Shown here: positions 51,459 to 64,000 of the stretch, one piece after another | How positions within the stretch are numbered: the stretch's first letter is position 1 | Layout: every line of letters begins with the position of its first letter | Origin: Octopus bimaculoides | Lineage: Eukaryota | Assembly (NCBI RefSeq): GCF_001194135.2 | Contig: NC_068986.1 | Span: forward strand, 25,461,884-25,525,883 | Direction of reading: 5' to 3' | Length of the DNA: 64,000 bases | The notes under the pieces: generated by a model | The model's input: the letters and a program-made list of their open reading frames with translations, nothing else | The model's database searches: none | What the model was told of the DNA's origin: nothing | Position numbers and translations under genes: made by a program

Positions 51459-52749
51459 AATAATAAGGTACTCAGATATCTGGATGGTTGTACATTTACA
51501 GATTTTTATTAATATGTCACATGTTTTTATAAATTAGAGCTTGCATCTATTCACCAGATTCTGTAGAATCTACAAGAATAGATGCAAACGCATCTATTCT
51601 ATTATTTTTCATGTTCTTAAAACTGGACTAGGCTTAGGCATGGCTGGGTGAGTGAGAAGTTACAACCATTTAGTTTTGGTTTCAATCCCACTGTATGGCA
51701 CTTTGGACAAGTGTGTCTTCTATTATAGCCCTGGGCCAACCAATGCCTTGTGAGTTCAGTGGCTGGAAACTGTTTAGAACCCTATCTTATGTGTCTGTGT
51801 GTGCAGTATTATGTTTTTTCTTTCATCACTGACAACCAGTGTTGGTTTGTTTATGACCTTGTAGCTTAGCAGCTTGCCAGAAAGACTTTAATATAAGTAC
51901 TGAACCAATTTGATTGACTAACCTTTCCAAAGCAGTGCTCCAGCATGGCTGGAGTTCAGTGATTACAAGTAAAAGAATAATTGAGTGTGATCAGCAAAAA
52001 ATAAAATGGTGTGACATATGCTATACTAATGGTGGGGAAACCCCTCACTCAGAGGCAAAGTTTTACCCAAATTCAAATTTTAAATCAACTAATGATGAAG
52101 TCTCTAGATGAAAAACCCAATTTAAAGACCTGAATAGCAATTTAATATAAATTACGTACCTATTAATTTCTAAAATTAAAGATTCATTATTTTTCTCAGT
52201 ACAGGTGCACTTTTACAGCTTTTCATGAACTTGTAATTTGCACTAAAAAAATAGGGTTCCAAACCTTTGTGCCAAACAAAGGCTTAAGTGGGTCACATTT
52301 GAGTCTTCTGTTTTTAGACAAATCAGTGCAGTGTGCTTGTTTATACTCTTAGTAATCCAATATTTGGCATTATAGTTAATCCATTGATTTTCTAGTGCAC
52401 TGTTTAACTCGGATAGCTGATGCAGGTGGTGGCTAAATTGATAGGACGACGGCCAGTTCATATCCTGTCTCCAGTGCAGCATTGTGTCTGTGACCGATAT
52501 ATTTAGTTCTTGATAGAACTATGTATATTGGTCAAACAGGTATTTCAGTAGAAGTGATTCCGTGTTGTAAGAAATGGTATTATAGCAGAATGAAATAGTA
52601 TTATGCTTTTGTTTTTGTTTTTTCTTTTGATCAGTGTCTTCTACATAAAACAACGAATCCCTGCTATAACAGTTCAGTCGCCTATGAAAGGGAGATTTAT
52701 CTCTAATCTTCCTTCGTCACAAAAACAAGAAATTATCCAGGATCTAACC

Positions 52750-52998
52750 CAGTGCTTCTCCACCAGGGTCCATTTAACCCTTGGGGCCCACAGAAGTTTT
52801 TGTTGTTAAAATTTATGTGCAGTAAATTGGTTATACTTTTACGATACTCAAAATATTTTAATTATCTTTTTTTTATGCAATTCCTAACAATATTTAATTA
52901 TAAAAATATAATAGAATTTTTTAAACACCAAATGACTTATGAGGGGCTATAGATAAAAGGGGTCCTTTGATAAAAAAAAAAATGGTTGAAAACCACTG
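52750..52998. mobile_element. hAT-type MITE
   Basis: TIRs cagtgcttctccacc / ggttgaaaaccactg; 8-bp TSD atctaacc (52742-49) / atctaaca (52999-53006). Confidence 0.8.
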
Positions 52999-53133
52999 AT
53001 CTAACAGATCCATATCCTTCAGAAGGGGTCAAGCTTAGCCTTAATTTTAATAAGTTTCTAATAGAATAATAATTATAATCCATATGGTTTCTAATTATCA
53101 TTTACTTCATTACACATACATTAATATGAAATA

Positions 53134-53805
53134 AGAAGGCGGCAAGCTTGCAGAATCGTTAGCACACCGGGCGAAATGCTTAGCGGTATTTCGTCTGCTC
53201 TTACGTTCTGAGTTCAAATTCTGCCGAGGTCGACTTTGTCTTTCATCCTTTCGGGGTCGATAAATAAGTACCAGTTATGCACTGGGGTCGATATAATCGA
53301 CTTAAACCCTTTGACTGTCGTTGTTTGTCCCCTCTATGTTTAGCCCCATGTGGGCAATAAAGAAATGAGTATTTCATCTGTCTTTACATTCTGAGTTCAA
53401 ATTCTGCCTTTCATCCTTTCGGGGTTGATAAATTAAGTACCAGTTGTGTACTGAGGTCGATCTAATCGACTGCCCCNNNNNNNNNNCGTTCTGAGTTCAA
53501 ATTCTGCCGAGGTCGACTTTGTCTTTCATCCTTTCGGGGTCGATAAATAAGTACCAGTTATGCACTGGGGTCGATATAATCGACTTAAACCCTTTGACTG
53601 TCGTTGTTTGTCCCCTCTATGTTTAGCCCCATGTGGGCAATAAAGAAATGAGTATTTCATCTGTCTTTACATTCTGAGTTCAAATTCTGCCTTTCATCCT
53701 TTCGGGGTTGATAAATTAAGTACCAGTTGTGTACTGAGGTCGATCTAATCGACTGCCCCCCCCCTCCCCAAAAATTTCAGGCCTTGTGCCTAGAGTAGAA
53801 AAGAA
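53134..53805 (+). mobile_element. Dimeric family B SINE (with an artefactual internal duplication across a 10-N gap)
   Basis: 12-bp TSD taatatgaaata (53122-33 / 53806-17); 53204-53476 is repeated identically at 53487-53759. Confidence 0.8.
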
Positions 53806-56333
53806 TAATATGAAATATTTCTATAATCTAGCTAACTAATTATTTTGATCAGAGACTACATGTTAGACTTGAAGTAATTACATATTACATTATGGAAAAA
53901 CCATTTTAGCCATTTAAGAACTCATAAATAATGTCATAGTGATTCTATGTTTTTGTTTATTTTTTGAGATGTTCAAATTTTTGTCTTGTATAACCTGGTC
54001 ACTGATTCAATACTCCTGACACTTTTGGAAACTAGATACCGATGAGGTTTTATTGGTCTCAAGAGTGTATTTTACTTGCTCTTTTTGTGTCTTTGACATG
54101 GCACCAATAAATGTTATGGATTGTTTGATCTGGGCTGCAATTAGTCATTCTTAGGTTCAATTCCTCTGCATACATATTTATATACATAGAGGAATTATCA
54201 ATATATGAACCTAAAAATGACTAATAGTGGCTCAGAACAAAAGGTCAAGCAAGTATACTGTAGACTCTTATGTTTGAAAGGTCAGCAAAAAATAAAGAAA
54301 GAAAGAAAGGAAGGAAGGAAGAAAGGAAGTGGAAGAATAAGGTTTATAAAAACAAGCCTGCAACTGATTTTCAAACACTTGCAGTGGATTTTGCAAATGG
54401 CCAAGTTGTAGAGGCGCTATGAAAATCCTGTCACCTCAAGAAATGAATACAAAATGAATATAACAGTTTTCATGTATTGTTAAATAGCTAGCAACTATAT
54501 TTCTGGTAAAACATTAACCATAAGCAGTAGAGTAGTTTTTTTTTTTTAATATTTTCCTATTTTTTTATTTATGCATTTTATATCACATTTTGTGAACAAT
54601 AGTGCCATTAGTTATAGAATTAATTTCGACAGCCAGTCACTAGCTCACTACATTTACATTTTTACCACAATATCAAGATTGGACAGAACAAATACATGTT
54701 ATTATAGTTTGGAAACACCGGCTTATTGTGGGATTTTTTCTCAACAATGCTCTTTCTTAGACAGTTGCCATTTTATAACTGTTATTTTTCTTTCATTTCC
54801 TCAAAGATGAAGACTGCCATACTATCTTATCTGTTCTACCTTTCAGAACAGTATGTTACACAAGTCAAAACCACTTTTTCAACCAATTTATCATTCTTCT
54901 GTAACTTGTTATTCAACAACATGCTTAATATTCTATCTAAGCAATTATACAACAATAATATTCTGTAATTTGCCAAAAGATATTTTTAGCAATTTTCTTG
55001 ATATTCAAAGAAAATGATATTAAAAATTAGCTGATTGTTAATTTTCAGTATAATTCACTAATTGTTTTTTCTACTCTGATTGATTGATTTGGGGATTTGG
55101 GGTTTGAAAAATATTGTGTATCGTACTTGTTTATAACATAATCTCGAGCGTCAATTTAACATCCACTTTTCCCTGTTTACCTGGGTCAGACAGACCTTAT
55201 CAAGTCAAATTTTCTATAACTGGATGCCCTTCCTGTCACCAACCCTCACCTCCTGTTTCCCAGCAAGGTAGTTTCCTCGATGGCCAGATAGATTCATGCA
55301 GAGGTATTGGTGATGAATAACATTGCTTGTGTGACAGAAATAACCATTTACAACTGTCACATAATGTCAGGACAATGAGGTACAAAAACACATGCACACA
55401 CACATTTATACAATATAGGAAGGACATCCAGACAGAAACTATGACAAAACAAACAATTGGAGCCTGGTGCAGCTCTCTGGCTGGTCTACTCCAGTCGAAC
55501 TGTCCAACCCAAACCAGAATGGAAAACAACCATTAAATGATAATGATGATGATGATGAGCTTCTTTTAGTTTCCATTTACCAAATCCTCTCACAAGGTTT
55601 CATTCATCCTGAGGCTATAGTAAAAGATATTTGCCTAGTGTACCACACTGTGGACTGAACCAGAAACCATGTGGTTGGAAAATAAATTTCTTAACAACAC
55701 AGCTGTACCTATAAGCTGTCTCAGCCTCAGCACAAAGAACATCCAGTTCCTCATTAACTGACGGCTGTAATGGCAGTGAGTCACATGTCTCAGGTAAAAA
55801 AAAAAAAAAGAACTGTGATGTAAAAAGCCTTGTATTCGTCATTTGGTTCACTTCCTTATTATTTAGTTTCTGTGTTATTAATATTGCATATGTATATATG
55901 TACGTGTGTATATGTATGTATGTGTATGTGTGTGTATATATGTGTNNNNNNNNNNNNNNNNNNNNNNNNNNNNNNNNNNNNNNNNNNNNNNNNNNNNNNN
56001 NNNNNNNNNNNNNNNNNNNNNNNNNNNNNNNNNNNNNNNNNNNNNNNNNNNNNNNNNNNNNNNNNNNNNNNNNNNNNNNNNNNNNNNNNNNNNNNNNNNN
56101 NNNNNNNNNNNNNNNNNNNNNNNNNNNNNNNNNNNNNNNNNNNNNNNNNNNNNNNNNNNNNNNNNNNNNNNNNNNNNNNNNNNNNNNNNNNNNNNNNNNN
56201 NNNNNNNNNNNNNNNNNNNNNNNNNNNNNNNNNNNNNNNNNNNNNNNNNNNNNNNNNNNNNNNNNNNNNNNNNNNNNNNNNNNNNNNNNNNNNNNNNNNN
56301 NNNNNNNNNNNNNNNNNNCACATACATATATGA

Positions 56334-56364
<31 letters not shown>

Positions 56365-57104
56365 CATATGTATGAGAATATATATACACACACATACATA
56401 TATGAATATATATATATATATATATATATATCCAAAGTTTTAAATTTTTACATTTAAGAAAGAGATTTGACACCAATATCCATATCAATATGGATATATA
56501 TATATACACATGCATACATACATACATAGATATGTGTGTGTGTGTTTGTGTATGTATTTGTGTGTGTATTTATATATACATGGGTGTGCAATTAAGAAGC
56601 TTGTTTTGTAACCAATTGGCTCTGGCTTCAGTCCCATTGTGCAGGACCTTAGGCAAGTATCTTCTACTATATCCCCATGCTAACCAATGCCTTGTCAGTG
56701 AATTTGGTTGCCATAGACTGAAAGATGCCTGTTGGCTCTGTGTCTTATATGTGTATGTATATGTATGGGTGTCCCATTGTCTTTTCATCACAACAATCTA
56801 AAACAAACATTTTTCATTTTCAATCATCCATGAAAAACATGTCTAGCCATGGAGGAATATTACTTTGCTTGAAAACAAGTGAGGGTTGGCAACAGGAAGA
56901 GCATTCAACCATAGAAAATCTACTTCGACCAATTCCATTTAATGCATACAGGCATGGAGAAGTGGACATTAAAATGATGATGGATGGATGGATAGATGTT
57001 GTGTATATATGTCTGTATATGTATGTAAATGTTTATATTTATGCATTACATAAATATTAATGGTTTCTAATATTAATATTGTTGTGTTTCTGTTGTCATT
57101 GCAG

Positions 57105-57251
57105 GTAGATATGCCAGTATTTTTCTACATTGATCCAGACTTTGTGGAGGACCCGAAACTGGAAAACATCGACACGATAACACTGTCATACACATTTTTT
57201 GAAGCCAAAGACGGGCTTAAATTACCAATGCCTAACTACATCACCAGTTAA
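57105..57251 (+). CDS. COX11: Terminal coding exon of cytochrome c oxidase assembly protein COX11 (48 aa + TAA)
   Basis: Translates VDMPVFFYIDPDFVEDPKLENIDTITLSYTFFEAKDGLKLPMPNYITS*, matching the COX11/CtaG C-terminus (human VDMPVFFYIDPEFAEDPRM..LITLSYTFFEAK). Preceded by the pyrimidine-rich acceptor gtttctgttgtcattgcAG (AG at 57103-57104), phase 0. Confidence 0.93.
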   Translation, partial: VDMPVFFYIDPDFVEDPKLENIDTITLSYTFFEAKDGLKLPMPNYITS

Positions 57252-57652
57252 AAGTACACTTCCATTATGCATACACCTTTGGCAGTGAGTTTCTGCCAAC
57301 TGTACTTATGTTATTTACGATGTTGTTTTAATTATGGTTTATATTACAGTATATGAGAAATAATTATCTGCTACCCATGGCATGATATATGAAACGAGTT
57401 ATACTTTTTACTTCGTAGATACTGGTTTCTTTCTGTGACTGCTCTACACTAAATAATTTATGGCTTTTTGCTGTATGTTTGGTGAATTTGCAAAGAAGTG
57501 AATTTTAGATAGCAATAGGGATGAAATTGATATAATGAAGCCTTCTATAAATGTAATCCTTATTTTATTTTGATTTTTTTTTTGGTAAACTGTCTTTATA
57601 GTTGAAAATATATACATATATTTCTTCAATTATATATATATATATATATATA

Positions 57653-58069
57653 GGCGTAGGAGTGGCTGTGTGGTAAGTAGCTTGCTTACCAACCACATGG
57701 TTCCGGGTTCAGTCCCACTGCGTGGCACCTTGGGCAAGTGTCTTCTACTATAGCCTCGGGCCGGCCAAAGCCTTGTGAGTGGATTTGGTAGACGGAAACT
57801 GAAAGAAGCCCGTCGTATATATGTATATANNNNNNNNNNNNTATATATATATGTATGTGTGTGTATATGTTTGTGTGTCTGTGTCCCCCCAACATCGCTT
57901 GACAACCGATGGTGGTGTGTTTAGGTCCCCGTAACTTAGTGGTTCGGCAAAATAGACTGATAGAATAAGTATTTGGCATCCAAAGAATAAGTCCTGGGGT
58001 CGATTTGCTCGACTAAAAAGAGGCGGTGCTCCAGCATAGCCGCAGTCAAATGACTGAAACAAGTAAAAG
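57653..58069 (+). mobile_element. Family A SINE about 400 bp downstream of the COX11 stop, inserted in a (TA)n tract
   Basis: Near-identical to the 6003 and 50055 copies; (TA)n on both flanks. Confidence 0.9.
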
Positions 58070-58070
58070 C

Positions 58071-58107
<37 letters not shown>

Positions 58108-58185
58108 TATTAGAATCATAAAACCATGGATTGACTCATTTTAAGAAATTCATTTAAACTTGGAAATGAAATAGTTAATAAATTA

Positions 58186-58221
<36 letters not shown>

Positions 58222-58364
58222 GACTACCACCACTGTTTCTAGCTTAGGTATAGAACCAGCAATGATGAAGGTGGTGGGTGAGTACTTGAGACTGTCAATT
58301 CCAATATTTGACTACTGCTTTATTTTACTGATCCTGAAAAGATGGAACTCGGAATGTAGAAAAG

Positions 58365-58395
<31 letters not shown>

Positions 58396-58739
58396 GAATG
58401 TTTTCAGATAGGTACACATAATTTCTGGCTTTCATTATTTGTTTTATATTTTTAACAGTCGTGTTTCCACTGACAAGAATTTTTTTAAATAAAAATTAAA
58501 AAAAGTTGTTAAAACCAAAAATGCCTTTGTTTTATTTTGCTTCATTTCAATGTTTCCATTGATTTTTTTTAAATTTTTTTTTTTTATGAGAATATCTACT
58601 AAAGTACATTTGTTAGTGCTGCAGATCTTCATTAAGGGTACATGTGTCTGTGGAGTACTCAGCCAGTTGCACGTTAATTTCATGAGCAGGCTGTTCCATT
58701 GATTAGATCAACTGGAACACTTATTGTTGACAACCAGAG

Positions 58740-59355
58740 GAGCTGCCATCGACCACGATTGAATGGTGCTTTTTACGTGCCACCAGCATGGAAGCCAGTC
58801 AAAGTGGCACTGGCATTGGCCACATTTGGTTGGTGCTTTTTACATGCTACTGGCACGGGGCTCACAACTACAATTTCCATTTGATTTGATTTTGATATTG
58901 CTGATGTTGATGTACTTGATTCAATGGATCTCCTCAAGCATGGCATGTTGCCCTACGATCCAAGGTACTTTTGAGTAGGCTGGTTATGCGACACAAGTGT
59001 AGGTTACAGCTATGGACTCACTTTATTTGCCAGGTCTTCTCAGTCACAGCATACCTCCGGAGGTCTCAGTCTTTTGTCATTGCCTCTGTGAGGTCCAACG
59101 TTCAAAGGTCATGCTTCACCACCTTATCCCATGTCTTCCTGGGTCTCCCTCTACCCCGAACTCCTTCCACTGTTTGGGAGTGGCACTTCTTCACACAGCT
59201 CTGCTCATCCATCCGTCCACAGTACATGACCATACCAACACAAATGTCTCTCTTGCATGCCACATCCAATTCTTCTTATGTCTAACATTTCTCTCAAGGC
59301 ACTTACATTCTGTCATGTGTACACACTGACATCACACATCCAGCAGATCATGCTA
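58740..59355 (-). mobile_element. RTE-clade LINE 3' fragment (ORF C-terminus pseudogene plus 3' UTR)
   Basis: Minus-strand frames give ..RHLCWYGHVL../MDEQSCVKKCHSQTVEGVRGRGRPRKTWDKVVKHDL*, the WYGHV and RGRGRPRKTW motifs typical of RTE ORF ends, with stops and a frameshift. Confidence 0.8.
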
Positions 59356-59524
59356 AAAATGTTGGATTTTAAGAACTTGAGTTAGTTTGAGCGCTAATCT
59401 AGTTCTTATCTATTCTATGCTTTTTTGACATAGTCTCCCTCATTGCACATTCACTCATTATATACAAATGCCATCATGAAAATAGCTATTTGCTGGGTTT
59501 TGCATCAGGATATTTTTGGGATTC

Positions 59525-59746
59525 ATTCTCTTACCATATTTTTGTTGAAATATGTTAACTTTGTTTCACTTAATTTTGAAAATAACAAAACATTTAGTAA
59601 AATTACTTTGTTATTATGAAACTGTTGTTTGAAACATTAATTAACATGAAATTTTAATGAAAGGTTTTTTAATTTAGATCACTTTAAACCAGGAAGTTTG
59701 TATCATAGAAACAGGGATGGATTCAAGAGGGTTGGTATCAAAAGCA
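59525..59746. mobile_element. Degenerate copy of the TTAA-MITE family
   Basis: Collinear with the 49230-50020 element, ending gttggtatcaaaagca-TTAA. Confidence 0.6.
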
Positions 59747-60974
59747 TTAAGCATCTTGAAAAAGAACTGCATTTTTTGAAAAAAAATGTCTTCCTTTTAA
59801 ACTATTAACAACATGTGTAAGGAAGTGTGTGGAGTAAGAAGTATGTTAGCCTCAAAACAAGTCAACAACCTGATTTTGATTCCAGGTTGTAATTATTCAA
59901 GAAGGCTTGGCTCTCACAACTTCCTATCCTAATTCCAAAGTAAATTTGAGACCTTTAGCTTCTGCAAGAAAATCATAACTAGAAAGCTAATTATATCAGA
60001 AGGTTCTTAAGTCTTCTGATACCATTCCATCTAAGACTATCTCTGATATCTTATGAACTGCTTTGAATTACCCACATTAAAAAAAAAAATGTTTTTTCTA
60101 TATCTAAATTAAAATTTCAACTGAAATCTAATTAAAAGAATGATAGCATAAGATATTGATAAATAAATCTTCCACCATGCTAGAATCTTTATTGATGTTG
60201 TGTTCCAAACATCAGACATACCTTTTGATATTAATCCATCTGAGACTTCCTAGTTCTATGATAGATACTTTCTATTTTACAGCTCTCTGAATTAAAACTT
60301 TCCATCAAGCTTAGCTGGTTGAAACTTCGAAGTCACTGCCAACAACATTTTTGTTTCAGAACAATATATATAAAGACACACACTAACTCACCAAGAGCTT
60401 TTTCCTCAACTATATAAATAAATAAATAACAGATGGGGTGTGATTTGATTTGAAACGAATGTAACTTAATATAAACAATATAAATAAGCAAAAATAAGCC
60501 AAAGAATAAAGAATTAAAAAGTTTCCATAAAGGGTTAGCCATGTTTCTATTATTATTTATTTACTTTTTGCTGGTGGATACTTTCATTGTTCTGATAAAA
60601 ATGGTAACGCTATTGAAATATATCATTACCATTTTTACACCATAACCACGTTTATTTTGCAAACAAGTTGTAATGTCTTTTTTTTTTTTTAATCCTGTTT
60701 TAAACTTGACAGTATATTCATTGTTCAGTTGACTGAAATACTTTTGAATAATATGTAATCTGTTGGTGTATTTTAGAAAAGGATTTTAATTAGAATTTTT
60801 AATTAAATTATGTCATCTCGAATTATTAAATTTTTTATTCAAACCTTTTTGTAATAATAGCTTGTTTAAAATAATGAAGTAATTGTTCAGAATTCTTAAT
60901 TAAAATAATATATATATGTGTCCTGCAGTGTTTGTTGATGCAAGTTTAGAGGAATGGTTATATTACTTGCCTTT

Positions 60975-61359
60975 GTGGAGGCGCAATGGCCCAGTGGTTA
61001 GGGCAGCGGACTCGCGGTCATAGGATCGCGGTTTTGATTCCCAGACCGGGCGTTGTGAGTGTTTATTGAGCGAAAACACCAAAAACGCCACGAGGCTCCT
61101 GCAGGGGATGGTGGCGAACCCTGCTGTACTCTTTCACCACAACTTTCTCTCACTCTTACTTCCTGTTTCTGTTGTGCCTGTAATTCAAAGGGTCAGCCTT
61201 TTCACACTGTGTCACGCTGAATATCCCCGAGAACTACATTAAGGGTACATGTGTCTGTGGAGTGCTCAGCCACTTGCACGTTAATTTCACGAGCAGGCTG
61301 TTCCGTTGATTGGATCAACTGGTACCCTCGTCATTGTAAGCAACGGAGTGCCAACAACA
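60975..61359 (+). mobile_element. Full-length tRNA-derived SINE (family D)
   Basis: Head gtggaggcgcaaTGGCCCAGTGGttagggcagcggactcgcgg..GGTTTTGATTCCC carries A and B boxes; (caa)n tail; TSD ttgccttt(g) at 60967 and 61363. Confidence 0.85.
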
Positions 61360-62027
61360 TAATTGCCTTTGCACAGCTTCTAACGCTGGAGATGTACTAC
61401 AGTGTCAGCTGTTCACTACCAGTGAACTAAGGTAACACCTCTTATTTTTTGAGTACCTTCAGGAGTATTTGAGCGGGTCCAAGCAGTGCTGTTTGCACAT
61501 GCTCCACCCTTATTGCAGTTTTAATCTTTATACTGCATACAGTATTTGTATATAGAGAGATAAAGGCAGGTTCTGTGTGTTTGTATTCATATACGTAAGA
61601 GGTAGTTATGTTTAACCGTTAACATCACTTGGAATTGCAGCAGGAAGAAAATGCATCCAGTCACTTTGGTTGCACCATCCAAAAGCTATAGATTTAATTC
61701 TCCCACAATGAAACACAACATACGCCATCCAGTGGCCAATGGATGAGACAACTTGTTTCAAGGAAGGTAACTGTCTAACCCCCTCCCCCCTCCTGCAAGA
61801 CTTGAAGTCTTTTGTTCTTTGTGCATGCAGGTTTGAGGTAACTGTCTACAATGTAATCGACTAGTCTCCTCCCCCAAAACTTGAGGCCTTGTGCCTATAA
61901 TAGAAAAGATTACTATTATTACTATGTGGTGCCTGGTGCAGCCTTCTGGCTTGCCAGCCCTCAGTCAAACCGTCCAACCTATGCCAGCATGGAAAGTTGA
62001 TGTTAAACAACAACAACAACAACAACA

Positions 62028-62096
<69 letters not shown>

Positions 62097-62109
62097 GTTG
62101 TTGTTGTTG

Positions 62110-62712
62110 CAAGCTGGCAGAGTCATTAGCACATCAGACAAAATCTTTCGCAACGTTTCTTCCAGCTCTTTATGTTCTGAGTTCATATTCTGCCAAGGTC
62201 AACCTTACATTTCATCCTTCTGAGGTCAAAAATTTGGCACCAGTTGAGCACCAGAGTTGATGTAATCAACTGGCAAAATCATTAGCAAACCAAACAAAAT
62301 GCTTAGCAGCATTTTGTCCATCTTTATGCTCTGAGTTCAAATTCTGCTAGGGTCTACTTTGCCATTCATTCTTTCAAGGTCAATAAAATATATACCAGTT
62401 GATCACTGGGGTTGATGTAATCACCTTATCCCTTCCCTGAACTTGCTGGCTTTGTGCCAAAATTTGGAATCATTATTATCAGGCAAGTTGGCAGAATCGC
62501 TAGCACACCGGGCAAAATGCTTAGCAGCATTTTGTCTGCCGCTACATTCTGGGTTCAAATTCCACCGAGGTCAACTTTGCCTTTCATCCTTTTTTTATTT
62601 TGGCGAGGGGTGGGGTCAATGAAATAAGTACCAGTTACGCACTGGGGTTGATATAATCAACTAGTCCCGCTCTCCCCAAAATTTTCAAGGCCTTGTGCTT
62701 AGAGTAGAAATT
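62110..62712 (+). mobile_element. Head-to-tail array of three family B SINE monomers
   Basis: Monomer heads at about 62110, 62270 and 62482, each with ctgagttca(a)att..ggtcaac/ctttgcc..tcatcc..aagtaccagtt. Confidence 0.75.
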
Positions 62713-63377
62713 ATTATTGTGATAATGATGATGATGATGACATGTGACAGTCACTTTAGTGTGGTGATCATGAATAACGATTTGGTTCTGTTACAAGAAT
62801 GTTTTTTTAAAACTTTACTTGTATTATAAAATGAACTTAGCATTAGCAAATACAGTTCTAAGTGGGTGGGGTGACTATTATGACACATGGAACACTATTA
62901 GACTACTTGTTGTAGGACTTAAACAAAGGAACTACCTCAGTCAATTCCCCACCATGACTAGCAAAGTCTCACGTACTCAGCTATTTGCTGAGTTTCTTTT
63001 ATTTCTGGCAAGTAATTCACATTGTTAGGCTTTGTTCCTTGTTTGTTTCAGTGTAAATTTCATATCAGGAGTTTAATATCTGACCACCCACCTTCCATAA
63101 TCCCTACCACTCACCTTTTGTTTTTCTTTCTTTCTTTCTTTCTTTCTTTTTTTGAAGACTGTCAGATAAAGAATACCTCTGCCTCTTCCTTCTCACCATC
63201 ATCACTACCATCCTTATTATCATCATCATGGCAATCATTTCCTTACTCTCCTTCATCATCATCATCCTCACAGCTACCACCACCACCACCAATGACAACA
63301 ACACCACCACTACCACCATTACTGTTATCATCACCAACACAATCACTATCACCACCACCACTATCATCATCATCATT

Positions 63378-63409
<32 letters not shown>

Positions 63410-64000
63410 TCTCTTTTTTCTCATCATCTTCACCACCACCAACACCACCACCACAACCATTCATTGTTTTTGTATAAACCCTATTAAATACTACTTACTA
63501 AAATTAGTTGAATCACACATGAAGAATAATAGTACTTTTGTCATTTCTAATGACAAAATAAAATTTCTCAAGAAATTAACAGGTTTGACAAGATTAATTA
63601 TTTTAAAACACATTATTTTAAACAATAAACCTTTAAATAGTTTGATTATATTACTAGCTGCAAAGCCAGGAATGTTTGTAATGATCTGGGTTTTTTTTTT
63701 TTTTTCAATATTAATTTAGGTGCAAGTATGGTTGTGTGATAAAGCAGTTTGTTTCCTGAGCACATGGTCCCGGGTTCAGATTTAAAAAAAAAAACTGCAG
63801 AAAGAAGTGACTTTACAAATGAATAATTATAATTCAAACAATTATTTCTAATTTAGGTACAAGACCAGAAATCTCCAATCAACTCTGTAAAATTGGGGAA
63901 TAAAAGATGAAGCTGGCCTTGGCTGGATTTGAACTTAGAACATAAAATGCTGGAAAAAATATTACAATAGGCGTAGGAGTGGCTGTGTGGTAAATAGCTC

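Noticed and set aside
54255-54285. QVYCRLLC resembling COX11 LYRLYC
   Set aside because: Residue order is wrong and the flanks are unrelated.
57274-57295. CAGTGA as a possible iron-responsive element in the COX11 3' UTR
   Set aside because: The five bases on either side do not pair, so the IRE upper stem is absent.
60975-61050. Functional tRNA gene
   Set aside because: The tRNA-like head continues into a 380-bp repeat body with a TSD and lacks a closed acceptor stem and T-run terminator; it is a SINE.

Overview
AT-rich, repeat-dominated eukaryotic genomic DNA from a draft scaffold with 14 N-gaps (about 3.6 kb). The SINE, RTE-tail and microsatellite landscape looks like octopus or another coleoid cephalopod; this is inference from repeat style, not a database match. 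Only one host coding exon is recognisable: the terminal exon of COX11 (mitochondrial cytochrome c oxidase copper chaperone), + strand, 57105-57251, with a splice acceptor at the phase-0 position used in human COX11. I found no upstream COX11 exon in the resolved sequence. The rest is at least three tRNA-derived SINE families, RTE-LINE 3' fragments, non-autonomous DNA transposons (TTAA/piggyBac-type, mariner, hAT, a Merlin-like element with TTAGGG repeats, a DD37D maT transposase relic), mini- and microsatellites, and several long palindromes. Nearly all supplied ORFs are microsatellite or N-gap artefacts. The most interesting signals are a structurally complete type I hammerhead-ribozyme motif with a 41-nt loop II (25343-25432), two decayed copies of a minimal hammerhead family (2665-2699 and 10641-10670), fold-back hairpins, nested insertions, and close inverted SINE pairs that could form dsRNA. 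No prokaryotic systems (CRISPR, operons) are present. Repeat boundaries are read by eye and approximate unless a TSD is given.
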